Positions 1-8,349 of a DNA stretch of 64,000 nucleotides are shown here, piece by piece. The notes under the pieces are model-generated. The model saw only the letters and a program-made list of their open reading frames with translations, had not been told where the DNA came from and ran no database searches. Made by a program: the position numbers and the translations under genes. Origin of the DNA: Actinomycetota bacterium (GTDB taxonomy: Bacteria > Actinomycetota > Actinomycetes > Actinomycetales > Microbacteriaceae); contig JBDLRV010000046.1 of NCBI GenBank assembly GCA_039799865.1, positions 9,068 through 73,067 of the forward strand, written 5' to 3'. Numbering within the stretch: position 1 is the stretch's first letter; each line of letters begins with the position of its first letter.

Positions 1-1023
1 TCCACTCTGGCCCGTGCTTTTGCCTCAGCACTGCAGTGTGAAGAAAATGGCTGCGGAGTTTGCACCACCTGCAAACTAATCGCCGCAGATGCTCATCCAG
101 ATGTTCGAATGCTGGTCACAGACAAGGTGATTATCTCAATTGAAGAGGTGCGGCAGCTGGTTCAATTCTCTGCCCTGGGGGCAACCCTGGGTAACTATCG
201 AATCGTAGTTATTGAAGATGCCGATCGCATGACTGAGCGAACCTCCAATGTTTTGCTCAAGGCACTAGAAGAGCCGCAGGAGCGAACAATCTGGATTCTG
301 TGCGCGCCATCGGCAGCGGATATGCTTCCAACCATTCGCTCCAGAACCAGAAACATCGTTCTGAGACTTCCATCGAATGATGAAGTTGCGCAGTTACTCG
401 TGCAGAGAGACAAGGTGGCGCATGATTTGGCGGTCGAGTGCGCAAGACAGGCTCAGCAGCATGTCGGAATGGCTCGCAGATTAGCGCTTAGTAAAGATGC
501 TCGCCAAAGACGAATGGAAACACTGCGAGAGCTAATTTCAATTTCTAATCTAAGCGGCGCTATGGCAACTGCCGAGAGGCTACTCAACCTGGCTAAGAAG
601 GACGCTGAAGCCAGTGCCGAGGAGAAGAATGCTGCTGAACGCCTGAGATTACTGGCTGCCTATGGCATAGAGGATGAAAAGATTCCAAACAATCTCAGGA
701 GCGAGTTTAGGCAGCTTGAAGAGAATCAAAAGCGCAGAAACACCAGGGCACTTCGTGACGGAATTGACCGCATCCTCACCGACACAGAGTCTTTATTTCG
801 AGACGTTCTATCAATTCAACTCGCCACCTCAGCGCAGCTAATCAACACCGAACTACAGGCTGAGATAAATCAGCGGGCTCAGGAAACTTTGGCCGAGGAT
901 TCAGTTGCTGTCCTTGAAGCAATAGCAACGTCTCGACACAGGCTAGAGTCCAACGTCAGAGATCTTCTAGTCATGGAGGCTCTTTGCACAAAGCTGATTG
1001 TTAGGAGTCGGGTTGCGGTTTAG
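1..1023 (+). CDS. holB: DNA polymerase III subunit delta' (5'-truncated by window edge)
   Basis: Frame open from base 1 (STLARAFASALQC..CGVCTTC..HPDV zinc motif); IEDADRM, NVLLKALEEP and LPTIRSR clamp-loader motifs. Confidence 0.93.
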   Translation, partial: STLARAFASALQCEENGCGVCTTCKLIAADAHPDVRMLVTDKVIISIEEVRQLVQFSALGATLGNYRIVVIEDADRMTERTSNVLLKALEEPQERTIWILCAPSAADMLPTIRSRTRNIVLRLPSNDEVAQLLVQRDKVAHDLAVECARQAQQHVGMARRLALSKDARQRRMETLRELISISNLSGAMATAERLLNLAKKDAEASAEEKNAAERLRLLAAYGIEDEKIPNNLRSEFRQLEENQKRRNTRALRDGIDRILTDTESLFRDVLSIQLATSAQLINTELQAEINQRAQETLAEDSVAVLEAIATSRHRLESNVRDLLVMEALCTKLIVRSRVAV

Positions 1024-2467
1024 AGCTCTACTTCTATCAACTCTTTTGATTTTGACTGGCTGCACGGCAGCCTCAGAACCTACACCCACCTTGGAAGGTG
1101 CTGTAGAGGATCAGGTTCTCGCCTGGGAAGACTGTGACGGCGGATTTGAATGCGCGGTGATCTTTGCTCCGCTCGATTGGATGAGCGATACGGGTGAGTA
1201 CGTGCAGCTCAAACTGATGAGAAAGTCAGGAACTTCTGAACTGCAGCCAATACTTGCCAATCCCGGCGGTCCTGGTTCCAGTGCAATCAAGTGGCTTCGC
1301 GAGGGCTACGAAACAACTGGCAGCAACTGGTTCCGCGAAAACTTTCAAATCGTGGTGTTTGACCCACGAGGCGTTGGGGAGTCAACCGCTGTGATTTGTG
1401 AAGATACTCAGCTCAAAGACGATCTTTTATATGGCCAACCAAAATTTGAAATTGGATCCGAGGAAGACATCGCTGATTCCAAAGAGCAAATTGCAAAGTT
1501 TGCGCAGAGCTGCCAGCGTCAGGGTCCATCGGTCGCATATTTCAACACCCAGCAGACCGCAAGAGATATGGATTTGATTCGGTCTCTTTTTGGAATGGAG
1601 CAACTGAACTTTTTAGGTTTTAGTTACGGCACTGAGCTGGGAGCAACCTACGCCGCCCTGTTTCCGCAGCGAGTCGGCAAATTTGTCTTGGATGGTGCCG
1701 TCGATCCAACGCTAGATTCATCGACAGCTCTTCTCGGTCAGATCAATGGCTTTGATAAGGCCCTTAGGGCATATCTAGAGGATTGCCTCAAGCAGACTGA
1801 CTGTCCTTTTTCTGGCAGCGTTGAAGATGCCATGACCACAATTGCTGGATTCTTGCAGGCCCGAGAGGTGAGGGCACTTCCAACGAACGAGGAGCGAGAG
1901 CTCGGAGTATCAGCAACGATTGCCGGCATGATCGTCACTCTGTATTCGCAGGAGAGCTGGATTTATCTGACTCAGGCATTCCAGCAGGGTCTGGCTGGAG
2001 ATGGCTCACTGTTTTTGATCCTCGCGGATTTCTATAACGATAGAAATCCAGAGGGCGGCTACTCAACCAACATCAATGAAGCAAACATCGCCATCTCTTG
2101 CGCAGACAATGTCGTGAAGCCAAAGTCACTAGAACGACTTGATGAAATACGCAGTGCCAGCAAAGTCTTTGGTCGTTACTACGCCTATCCAGATATTGGC
2201 TGCACTGGTTGGCCAGAAGGCATCGGAATGATTCCACTGAACTACCAGGTGGAGCTTTCCAATAAGCCAATGATTGTTGGCACCACCGGGGATCCAGCAA
2301 CCCCGTATGAGCAGGCCGTATCGCTTGCTGAACTTCTTGGCGGAAAGCTAGTTACCCTTCGTGGCGAAGGTCACACTGCCTACGGATCAAACACCTGCGT
2401 CACATCAATCGTTGATGCTTACCTGGAGGGAACGGATCTCGGAACCTCAACCCTCAACTGTCTTTAG
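998..2467 (+). CDS. Alpha/beta-hydrolase lipoprotein, tripeptidyl-aminopeptidase (TAP)-like peptidase
   Basis: Lipobox LTGC; NPGGPG, FDPRGVG, GFSYGT nucleophile, GDPATP, GHTAY; exact start uncertain. Confidence 0.85.
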   Translation: MLGVGLRFRALLLSTLLILTGCTAASEPTPTLEGAVEDQVLAWEDCDGGFECAVIFAPLDWMSDTGEYVQLKLMRKSGTSELQPILANPGGPGSSAIKWLREGYETTGSNWFRENFQIVVFDPRGVGESTAVICEDTQLKDDLLYGQPKFEIGSEEDIADSKEQIAKFAQSCQRQGPSVAYFNTQQTARDMDLIRSLFGMEQLNFLGFSYGTELGATYAALFPQRVGKFVLDGAVDPTLDSSTALLGQINGFDKALRAYLEDCLKQTDCPFSGSVEDAMTTIAGFLQAREVRALPTNEERELGVSATIAGMIVTLYSQESWIYLTQAFQQGLAGDGSLFLILADFYNDRNPEGGYSTNINEANIAISCADNVVKPKSLERLDEIRSASKVFGRYYAYPDIGCTGWPEGIGMIPLNYQVELSNKPMIVGTTGDPATPYEQAVSLAELLGGKLVTLRGEGHTAYGSNTCVTSIVDAYLEGTDLGTSTLNCL

Positions 2468-2832
2468 AGGTAGAGGGCTGCCAGAATCGCCAAATAGATA
2501 AGTACAAAAATCGCTGGCGTTACGAACTTCACAACCTCGAGCCAAGAACGGAAGCTAATGACCCGTGCACGAAGTTTTGATTGGCCCGGCAGCAATTTAA
2601 GGTCATCAATGACCGCCTGCGCCTGGGAGGCGGCTGAATACTCGGCCAGCGCACCTAAAATTCCTGAGGCCAGCAGTATCAGCGCGAAGGCGTGAATCAC
2701 AAACATTTCACTCTGCGCGATTGCTGGAGTGGCGATTGCGGCAAAAGCTAGTAAGCCTGTCGGTGCCAATTGCGCGAGAATAATGTGAAGTCGATTTCTT
2801 TGGAACTCGTGGATTAGTTCAGCCTCGGTCAT
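2464..2832 (-). CDS. Small three-TM membrane protein of unknown function
   Basis: ATG at 2832 (MTEAELIHEF..) preceded by GGAG; three hydrophobic segments; the longer ORF would overlap the divergent gene. Confidence 0.65.
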   Translation of the reverse strand: MTEAELIHEFQRNRLHIILAQLAPTGLLAFAAIATPAIAQSEMFVIHAFALILLASGILGALAEYSAASQAQAVIDDLKLLPGQSKLRARVISFRSWLEVVKFVTPAIFVLIYLAILAALYL

Positions 2833-2870
2833 GGTTGCTCCTAATTGATTCACTACAAGGTTAGGCGTAA

Positions 2871-3773
2871 GTGGCAAACAACGCATTGCAGGAGTACTTC
2901 TCTCGCAAATTTCGCAAGCTCCTATCTGGTGCAAAGGATGGGGTTCCGCCTTGGCTATCAGCAGTGGCTGGAGGCAATGACCCCGGTCTTTTCTTGCCAA
3001 GCGATGCGCCGTGGGTGATTCATAGAGATTTTTCAACACTCGTTGGTGGCATTAGGGCACTTCTCCTTCAGGCAATGCATCCCGGTGCACTGGCTGGTGT
3101 GGCCCAGCATTCGCGCTATGAGGAAGATCCTCTCGGTCGTCTTTCGGGAACAATTCGCTGGCTTACGGTTACCACCTTTGGTTCTAAAGAAGCTGTTGCA
3201 CAGGAAGCAAGCCGAGTGAATCGAATGCATCAGAGAGTTAGTGGCAGCTATGAAAGGCAACAGGGGCAAGAGGTTAGGTATCAGGCAAGTGATCAGGATC
3301 TTTTGCTCTGGGTACACATCGCCTTCATGGATTCTTTCCTACGCTCTCATCAGCTTTATTCACGCGCACCTATTCCAGGGGGAGCAGATGCTTATGTGCG
3401 TCTGTGGGCAAAGTCAGTGGAGCCACTTGGGCTGAGTTCCGTTCCACAATCAGAAGCTGAACTGATTCAGATATTGGATTCTTACTCGGATGTGCTGCGT
3501 TGCGATGAGAAAGCTCTCTCTGTCATCAAATGGATTAGAAATGCGCCGCTCCCTCTAGCCGCAAAGCCCGTTTATCTTCTGCTCTTTCAAGCTGCTCTCG
3601 CATCGCTACCGAGCAGAATTCAAGAGCAGATTGGACTTAGAGCCTGGCCACTTTGGATTCTTAGGCCAGTGGTAACAAATCTCTTGGCTTTTCTAAGGTT
3701 TGCAATTGGGCCAGACTCTCCGATTGAAGATGCTGCAATTGCCAGGCTGAGAAGACTGGGTGCAATCAAGTAG
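2871..3773 (+). CDS. DUF2236 / MpaB-like oxygenase family protein
   Basis: GGIRALLLQAMHP..LAGV..HS and LLLWVH motifs. Confidence 0.85.
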   Translation: MANNALQEYFSRKFRKLLSGAKDGVPPWLSAVAGGNDPGLFLPSDAPWVIHRDFSTLVGGIRALLLQAMHPGALAGVAQHSRYEEDPLGRLSGTIRWLTVTTFGSKEAVAQEASRVNRMHQRVSGSYERQQGQEVRYQASDQDLLLWVHIAFMDSFLRSHQLYSRAPIPGGADAYVRLWAKSVEPLGLSSVPQSEAELIQILDSYSDVLRCDEKALSVIKWIRNAPLPLAAKPVYLLLFQAALASLPSRIQEQIGLRAWPLWILRPVVTNLLAFLRFAIGPDSPIEDAAIARLRRLGAIK

Positions 3774-3788
3774 ACTTCCTGCTGCATC

Positions 3789-3861
3789 GCCACCTTAGCT
3801 CAGTCGGTAGAGCAGCTCCCTCGTAAAGAGCAGGTCGAGAGTTCGATTCTCTCAGGTGGCT
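3789..3861 (+). tRNA. tRNA-Thr(CGT)
   Basis: GCCACCT/AGGTGGC acceptor stem, TAGCTCAGTCGGTAGAGC D-arm, CTCGTAA anticodon loop, GTTCGATTC T-loop; CCA not encoded. Confidence 0.93.
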
Positions 3862-3865
3862 CTAA

Positions 3866-3994
3866 CTATCTGAATCCTGGAAGAAAAACATCGATTATTT
3901 GAGGCCCAGCAACTAGAACAATGGCCAATATGAACAGGACGAGGCCTACTCTCTTCCAGAGCCTCTCCAGATTCTTCGGATCCTTCAAGATCAC
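3866..3994 (-). CDS. Putative ~40-aa single-TM small protein (VILKDPKNLERLWKRVGLVLFILAIVLVAGPQIIDVFLPGFR)
   Basis: Manual translation; basic N-terminus then hydrophobic helix; GGAG 7 nt before an alternative in-frame TTG (3988). Confidence 0.5.
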   Translation of the reverse strand: MILKDPKNLERLWKRVGLVLFILAIVLVAGPQIIDVFLPGFR

Positions 3995-4049
3995 TCTCCG
4001 ATTCTTAGCCGCGGGAAATTTTCCTAAGGTCTAACCTGTTCTCTAAATT

Positions 4050-4559
4050 ATGGCCGCTTGTTCTCGCTGCGGGGTGAGTTTTCACCCGGAAATTTCAGCC
4101 TGTCCTCTTTGCGGTGAAATTAGGCAGAAAGAGAAAGCTAGAAGAAGAAAGCTTCTCTATTTGCTCAACTCCTTTGCCTTCAGTGCAGTTGCAGGGGTCG
4201 TGCTTCTTCGAGTTTTGACCGCAGGTGAGGTGCAAGTTGGCATGAGTGACTCAGATTGCCAAGAGGCCATGCGCCTAGCTGAGAGCACAAGGTATGCCGT
4301 TGACTCTCTACAGAGCGACTATCAGCGTGGCGTTCTAGAACTCAATGAGGTCTCTGTTGCTTGGGCAAACCTGGCAAACAACTATGTACCGGGAAAATAC
4401 TCATGGTCGACTTCAGGTCGGGAGCACAATTGGCTTGAGCGCTTGGCTGTCAGCACCTCGGGTTTAGCGTCAGGGGACCAGTTGAACACTGAAGAAGTTT
4501 CAGATCCCCTGAAATATGTCACAGACCTTACACGTCTTCTCCCTAGGTTCTGCTCGTAA
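4050..4559 (+). CDS. Hypothetical protein: N-terminal zinc ribbon, one TM helix, extracytoplasmic domain
   Basis: CSRC..CPLC, basic stretch, hydrophobic helix. Confidence 0.7.
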   Translation: MAACSRCGVSFHPEISACPLCGEIRQKEKARRRKLLYLLNSFAFSAVAGVVLLRVLTAGEVQVGMSDSDCQEAMRLAESTRYAVDSLQSDYQRGVLELNEVSVAWANLANNYVPGKYSWSTSGREHNWLERLAVSTSGLASGDQLNTEEVSDPLKYVTDLTRLLPRFCS

Positions 4560-4590
4560 GCTTTTCTCGGGAAAGCGGGAGACGACAACA

Positions 4591-5016
4591 GTGCCAGAAA
4601 AATCCAAATCTAGGTCAGCATTTAGTGATCAAGAAAAAGAAGCAATGCGCGAGAGGGCTCGCGAGCAAAGAGAGTTTAAGAAGCTATCTGGTGAGCAGCA
4701 GGTTCAGCTAAAAATAGCTGAAATGGATAAGTCTGATCAGAAGTTAGCTAAAGAAATTCACAAATTAGTACTTGGAATATCAGACAAGCTCTCACCAAAA
4801 ACCTGGTACGGAATGCCGGCTTACTACAAGGGGGACAAGCTGATTTGCTTTTTCCAGGCGGCAAGTAAATTCAAAGTTCGCTATTCAACCTTTGGATTTC
4901 AGGAAGATGCCAAATTGGACGATGGAAGCATGTGGGCAACCTCATTTGCGCTCGTGAAATTTGACGAAAATGTCGTAAAGACAATCACAAAACTTGTAAA
5001 GAAAGCCATTTCCTAG
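4591..5016 (+). CDS. DUF1801 (YdhG-like) domain protein
   Basis: PKTWYGMPAY..LICFFQAASKFKVRYSTFGF..A.LDDGSMW; GTG start after GGGAG. Confidence 0.85.
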   Translation: MPEKSKSRSAFSDQEKEAMRERAREQREFKKLSGEQQVQLKIAEMDKSDQKLAKEIHKLVLGISDKLSPKTWYGMPAYYKGDKLICFFQAASKFKVRYSTFGFQEDAKLDDGSMWATSFALVKFDENVVKTITKLVKKAIS

Positions 5017-5372
5017 TCAAGTTTGCACTCGGGTCTGCCACCCGGGAGCTTGTGTCGATTCTTTGCAATCCAGTAGTACACGACTCGAGCAAGGCCCTTA
5101 ATCAGAGGTAGCTTGAGGAACAAGCCAAAAATCATCCAGATTCTTTTTGAGTCAAGTAGCAACTGGGCAATAGCATCGGCCGCCACTAAATACTTTCCAT
5201 CTCTCACGTAGTAGACGGCTTTGGATGTCAGCTCTGAAGAAAGACCAAGTGAAGGCAAATCGAGTTTTTGGTAGGGCTTGATTGGTGTTACCTCTCCGGT
5301 CATCTTGCGCATTACTCTCGCCGCTGAGCTACAAAAAGCACAGTCACCATCGAAGATAAAAACCCTGGTCAC
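5013..5372 (-). CDS. DCC family (DUF393) thiol-disulfide oxidoreductase
   Basis: FDGDCAFC (DxxCxxC) and YYWIAKNRHKLPGG..C; GTG start at 5372. Confidence 0.85.
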   Translation of the reverse strand: MTRVFIFDGDCAFCSSAARVMRKMTGEVTPIKPYQKLDLPSLGLSSELTSKAVYYVRDGKYLVAADAIAQLLLDSKRIWMIFGLFLKLPLIKGLARVVYYWIAKNRHKLPGGRPECKLD

Positions 5373-5421
5373 AGCCCAAGAATAGTCCCTAGCGGCAAGT
5401 GGGCTCTTGGCTACAGCAACT

Positions 5422-6828
5422 ATGAAGCGTATAGTTGAAGTAGTGAGCTCAGTTCTCAATCTGCGAGGCGTGCACCCAACCCGCCTGATTGCCATTGCCT
5501 TTACCGTAATAATCGCTGTTGGCGCGTTCCTGCTCTCGCTACCGATCGCGAATAAGAGCGGTTCTTGGCTGAATCTTTTTGACTCCTTGTTCACGTCAGT
5601 TTCCGCTGTCACAGTTACTGGTTTAGCCACTGTTGCCACTGAAACCAATTGGACGATGTTTGGTCACGTCGTCATAGCCATGCTTATGCAGATTGGTGCA
5701 TTTGGAATCGTTGGTTTCGGTGCTCTAGTTATTTACTTGATTGAAGGTCGTTTATCACTCAGAGGCAAAATTACAGCGAGTTCCGAAGTAACTACTTACG
5801 CTGTTCCTGATGTCAAAACATTGCTTCGTAATATCGCCAAAGTTATGCTGGCCTTTCAGTCAGTGTTGTTTGTCATCCTCTTTTGGAGATTTTTCACAGA
5901 GTACGAATACTCCCTTGGCAAAGCTTTTGGCCATGGCCTTTTTCACTCAATAGCCAGTTTCAACAATGCAGGTTTTGCTCTTTATACAGACAGCATGATG
6001 CGTTTCGCTCGTGATCCATGGATCATTGTCCCTGTATTCATAGTCGTCTATTTCGCAAGCCTAGGCTTCCCAGTACTGGTAGAAATTCGGGACCGAATTC
6101 GAGAAAAATGGAAAGCTCGGTTCGATGCGGACTTTATCTCCACTCTGCCCAAGCAATGGTCACTAAATTCAAGAATCGTTCTTTGGGCCAGCTTTGTTCT
6201 AATGATTTTTGGAGCTGTAGTTATTGGAGTTTTAGAGTGGAACAATCCAAGAACTCTTGGAAGCCTAGATTCACTCAGCAAAATATTGGATTCTATTTTT
6301 GCCTCTGTAATGCCTCGAACCGCAGGCTTTAACTCTTTGGATATTTCGGCCATGAATCCGGCCACCTGGCTAGTCATTAATTTCCTCATGTTTATAGGTG
6401 GAGCTAGTGCATCGACTGCAGGTGGAATAAAAGTCGGAACTTTTGTTGTCTTGTTATACGTTGTTTACACGGAAATACGCGGAGAGACTGCAGTCAACAT
6501 TGGAAATCGAAGACTGCCAAGATCAATGCAGCGACAGGCTCTGACAATTGTTGCCTTGACAGCATCCATGATTATCGCTTCAGTCATACTTTTGCGACTG
6601 ACCACAACGTTTTCTCTTGACCAAATTCTTTTTGAGGTCATGTCGGCTGTTGGTACAGTAGGTCTGAGTACGGGGATTACCCCCAATCTTCCAGATCACG
6701 CAAAGTTTTTATTGTCGCTACTAATGTTGTTTGGAAGACTAGGCCCGATTGTGGTAGCAACCTCACTCGCTCTTAGAAAGACCAGACGACACTACGAATT
6801 ACCAAAGGAAAGGCCTCTAATTGGCTAA
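5422..6828 (+). CDS. trkH: TrkH/KtrB potassium uptake membrane subunit
   Basis: SAVTVTGL, FNNAGF, PRTAGF, STAGGIK, SAVGTVGLS, GRLGP motifs. Confidence 0.92.
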   Translation: MKRIVEVVSSVLNLRGVHPTRLIAIAFTVIIAVGAFLLSLPIANKSGSWLNLFDSLFTSVSAVTVTGLATVATETNWTMFGHVVIAMLMQIGAFGIVGFGALVIYLIEGRLSLRGKITASSEVTTYAVPDVKTLLRNIAKVMLAFQSVLFVILFWRFFTEYEYSLGKAFGHGLFHSIASFNNAGFALYTDSMMRFARDPWIIVPVFIVVYFASLGFPVLVEIRDRIREKWKARFDADFISTLPKQWSLNSRIVLWASFVLMIFGAVVIGVLEWNNPRTLGSLDSLSKILDSIFASVMPRTAGFNSLDISAMNPATWLVINFLMFIGGASASTAGGIKVGTFVVLLYVVYTEIRGETAVNIGNRRLPRSMQRQALTIVALTASMIIASVILLRLTTTFSLDQILFEVMSAVGTVGLSTGITPNLPDHAKFLLSLLMLFGRLGPIVVATSLALRKTRRHYELPKERPLIG

Positions 6829-7498
6829 GGAAGCAAAAAAGCGCATTCTCCACAGCAACGTCATGGTGATCGGACTTGGGCGTTTCGGCTCAGCACTAGC
6901 TACTGAACTCGTGCGGACTGGGCATGAAGTTATGGGTATAGATACAGATGAGAAGCTCGTTCAGCAAATGGCTGGCGTATTGACCCACACTGTCTGCGCG
7001 GATACAACTGACGAGGCAACTTTGAGAGAGCTAGGAGCAACCGACTTCGACTCGGCTGTCGTTGCAATTGGAGCTGATTTGGAATCCAGCATTCTTACTT
7101 CCTCTTTACTTCTTCAGCTTGGTGTAAAAAACGTGTGGGCAAAGGCTAATTCAACCTCACACGGAATTATCCTGAAGCAGCTGGGCTGCCACCACGTGAT
7201 CTTCCCCGAGTCGGAGATGGGAAAGCGAGTAGCACACATGGTTTCGGGCGAGACCCTGGATTATGTTGCAATCGATAACGACTTTGTGATGGTTAAGACT
7301 CAAGTGCCATCGAGCTTTGACGGTCAGACTTTGGCGGAGCTCAAAATACGCTCAACTTACGGCGTGACTGTCGTTGCGGTCACAAGCGGAGATGGCAAGT
7401 ACACACCCGCATTCCCTGAGACGGTTCTAAATGTTGGAAGTCAAATGGTGGTTGCCGGCAGAGTTGAACCTCTCAATGAATTCTGCAAGCTGGCCTAA
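6821..7498 (+). CDS. trkA: TrkA/KtrA potassium uptake NAD-binding RCK subunit
   Basis: VIGLGRFG Rossmann motif, FPESEMG, TrkA-C domain; overlaps trkH stop. Confidence 0.92.
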   Translation: MAKEAKKRILHSNVMVIGLGRFGSALATELVRTGHEVMGIDTDEKLVQQMAGVLTHTVCADTTDEATLRELGATDFDSAVVAIGADLESSILTSSLLLQLGVKNVWAKANSTSHGIILKQLGCHHVIFPESEMGKRVAHMVSGETLDYVAIDNDFVMVKTQVPSSFDGQTLAELKIRSTYGVTVVAVTSGDGKYTPAFPETVLNVGSQMVVAGRVEPLNEFCKLA

Positions 7499-7501
7499 TA
7501 A

Positions 7502-7885
7502 ATGTTGAATCCAATATTTTGGCTAATAGTTGCTGCGGTAACTGGTGCTATCAGCTATCTCTATCACCCAAGCTTTGAGCTGGCTATTGGTGGGACTTTG
7601 ATTGGCACAGCCTTGACGGCTTTGATTGTTTGGTCATCCAGCAAGTTGGTAGACACAAAGTGGTGGATAGGCCGGGTAGCGCTTGTGTCTATGGTTGCCG
7701 GGTTGATGAATTCGACTGCTCTCGATGTTCTTTATTCGCTCTTTGCAGCTCCAGCTGGTGGCCGTCTAACAATAGGTTTTGAAACCGTCGCTGGGGGAGT
7801 CGTACTAACAGCTCTAGCTTTGCTTTGGGCGTTTCTTAGGCCGAAGCAACAAGACAATAATTCCAGCCGCAGCACCAAGGGATAG
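7502..7885 (+). CDS. Four-TM hypothetical membrane protein
   Basis: ORF directly after trkA; four hydrophobic segments. Confidence 0.65.
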   Translation: MLNPIFWLIVAAVTGAISYLYHPSFELAIGGTLIGTALTALIVWSSSKLVDTKWWIGRVALVSMVAGLMNSTALDVLYSLFAAPAGGRLTIGFETVAGGVVLTALALLWAFLRPKQQDNNSSRSTKG

Positions 7886-8347
7886 CCAAAGTACCCAGTA
7901 GAAATCCTGCGGAGCTTCTGAAATCAGCATTGGCTGAGCAGCACAATCTGGGTATTGAAACTCGGGATTTGCAACATATCCGTTTGAGTTTTCAACCTGA
8001 AAGCTAAAGTCGCCACTGATCGGATGTCCATCTGAGGAAACCATTCGCCAGCTGACTTTGTATTCACCTGATTGGTCGAGGTCAACTGGCAAGAAGCCCC
8101 TTTGCCCTTCTATCACGAGGCATCCCTCGTAGAGGGAAGATCCATCTGGCAGGGTTACAGAGATCTCATTGCCGGAGCCATCTTCAAGAATCATCGGCGT
8201 TCCGCTAATTTCGATAGCTATCTCTCGCTCGCCAGCCTGAACTATTGAGCCCTGCTCTGGGGTTTGTCCAACCACTTCGTCGTGAGCGCTCGCTGGTAGC
8301 GAAACCGCTAAGACCAGTCCAAGGGCGATGGAGAGTTTATGCTTCAT
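7814..8347 (-). CDS. copC: CopC-family copper-binding protein with C-terminal membrane anchor
   Basis: Signal peptide ending ASA-H (His1), Y.VSWR.VSSDGHPISG.F.F motif, C-terminal TM helix; ATG at 8347. Confidence 0.85.
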   Translation of the reverse strand: MKHKLSIALGLVLAVSLPASAHDEVVGQTPEQGSIVQAGEREIAIEISGTPMILEDGSGNEISVTLPDGSSLYEGCLVIEGQRGFLPVDLDQSGEYKVSWRMVSSDGHPISGDFSFQVENSNGYVANPEFQYPDCAAQPMLISEAPQDFYWVLWLSLGAAAGIIVLLLRPKKRPKQS

Positions 8348-8349
8348 TG

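Noticed and set aside
5373-5648. N-terminal extension of the DCC protein
   Set aside because: Antisense shadow of trkH; a leaderless GTG at 5372 fits better.
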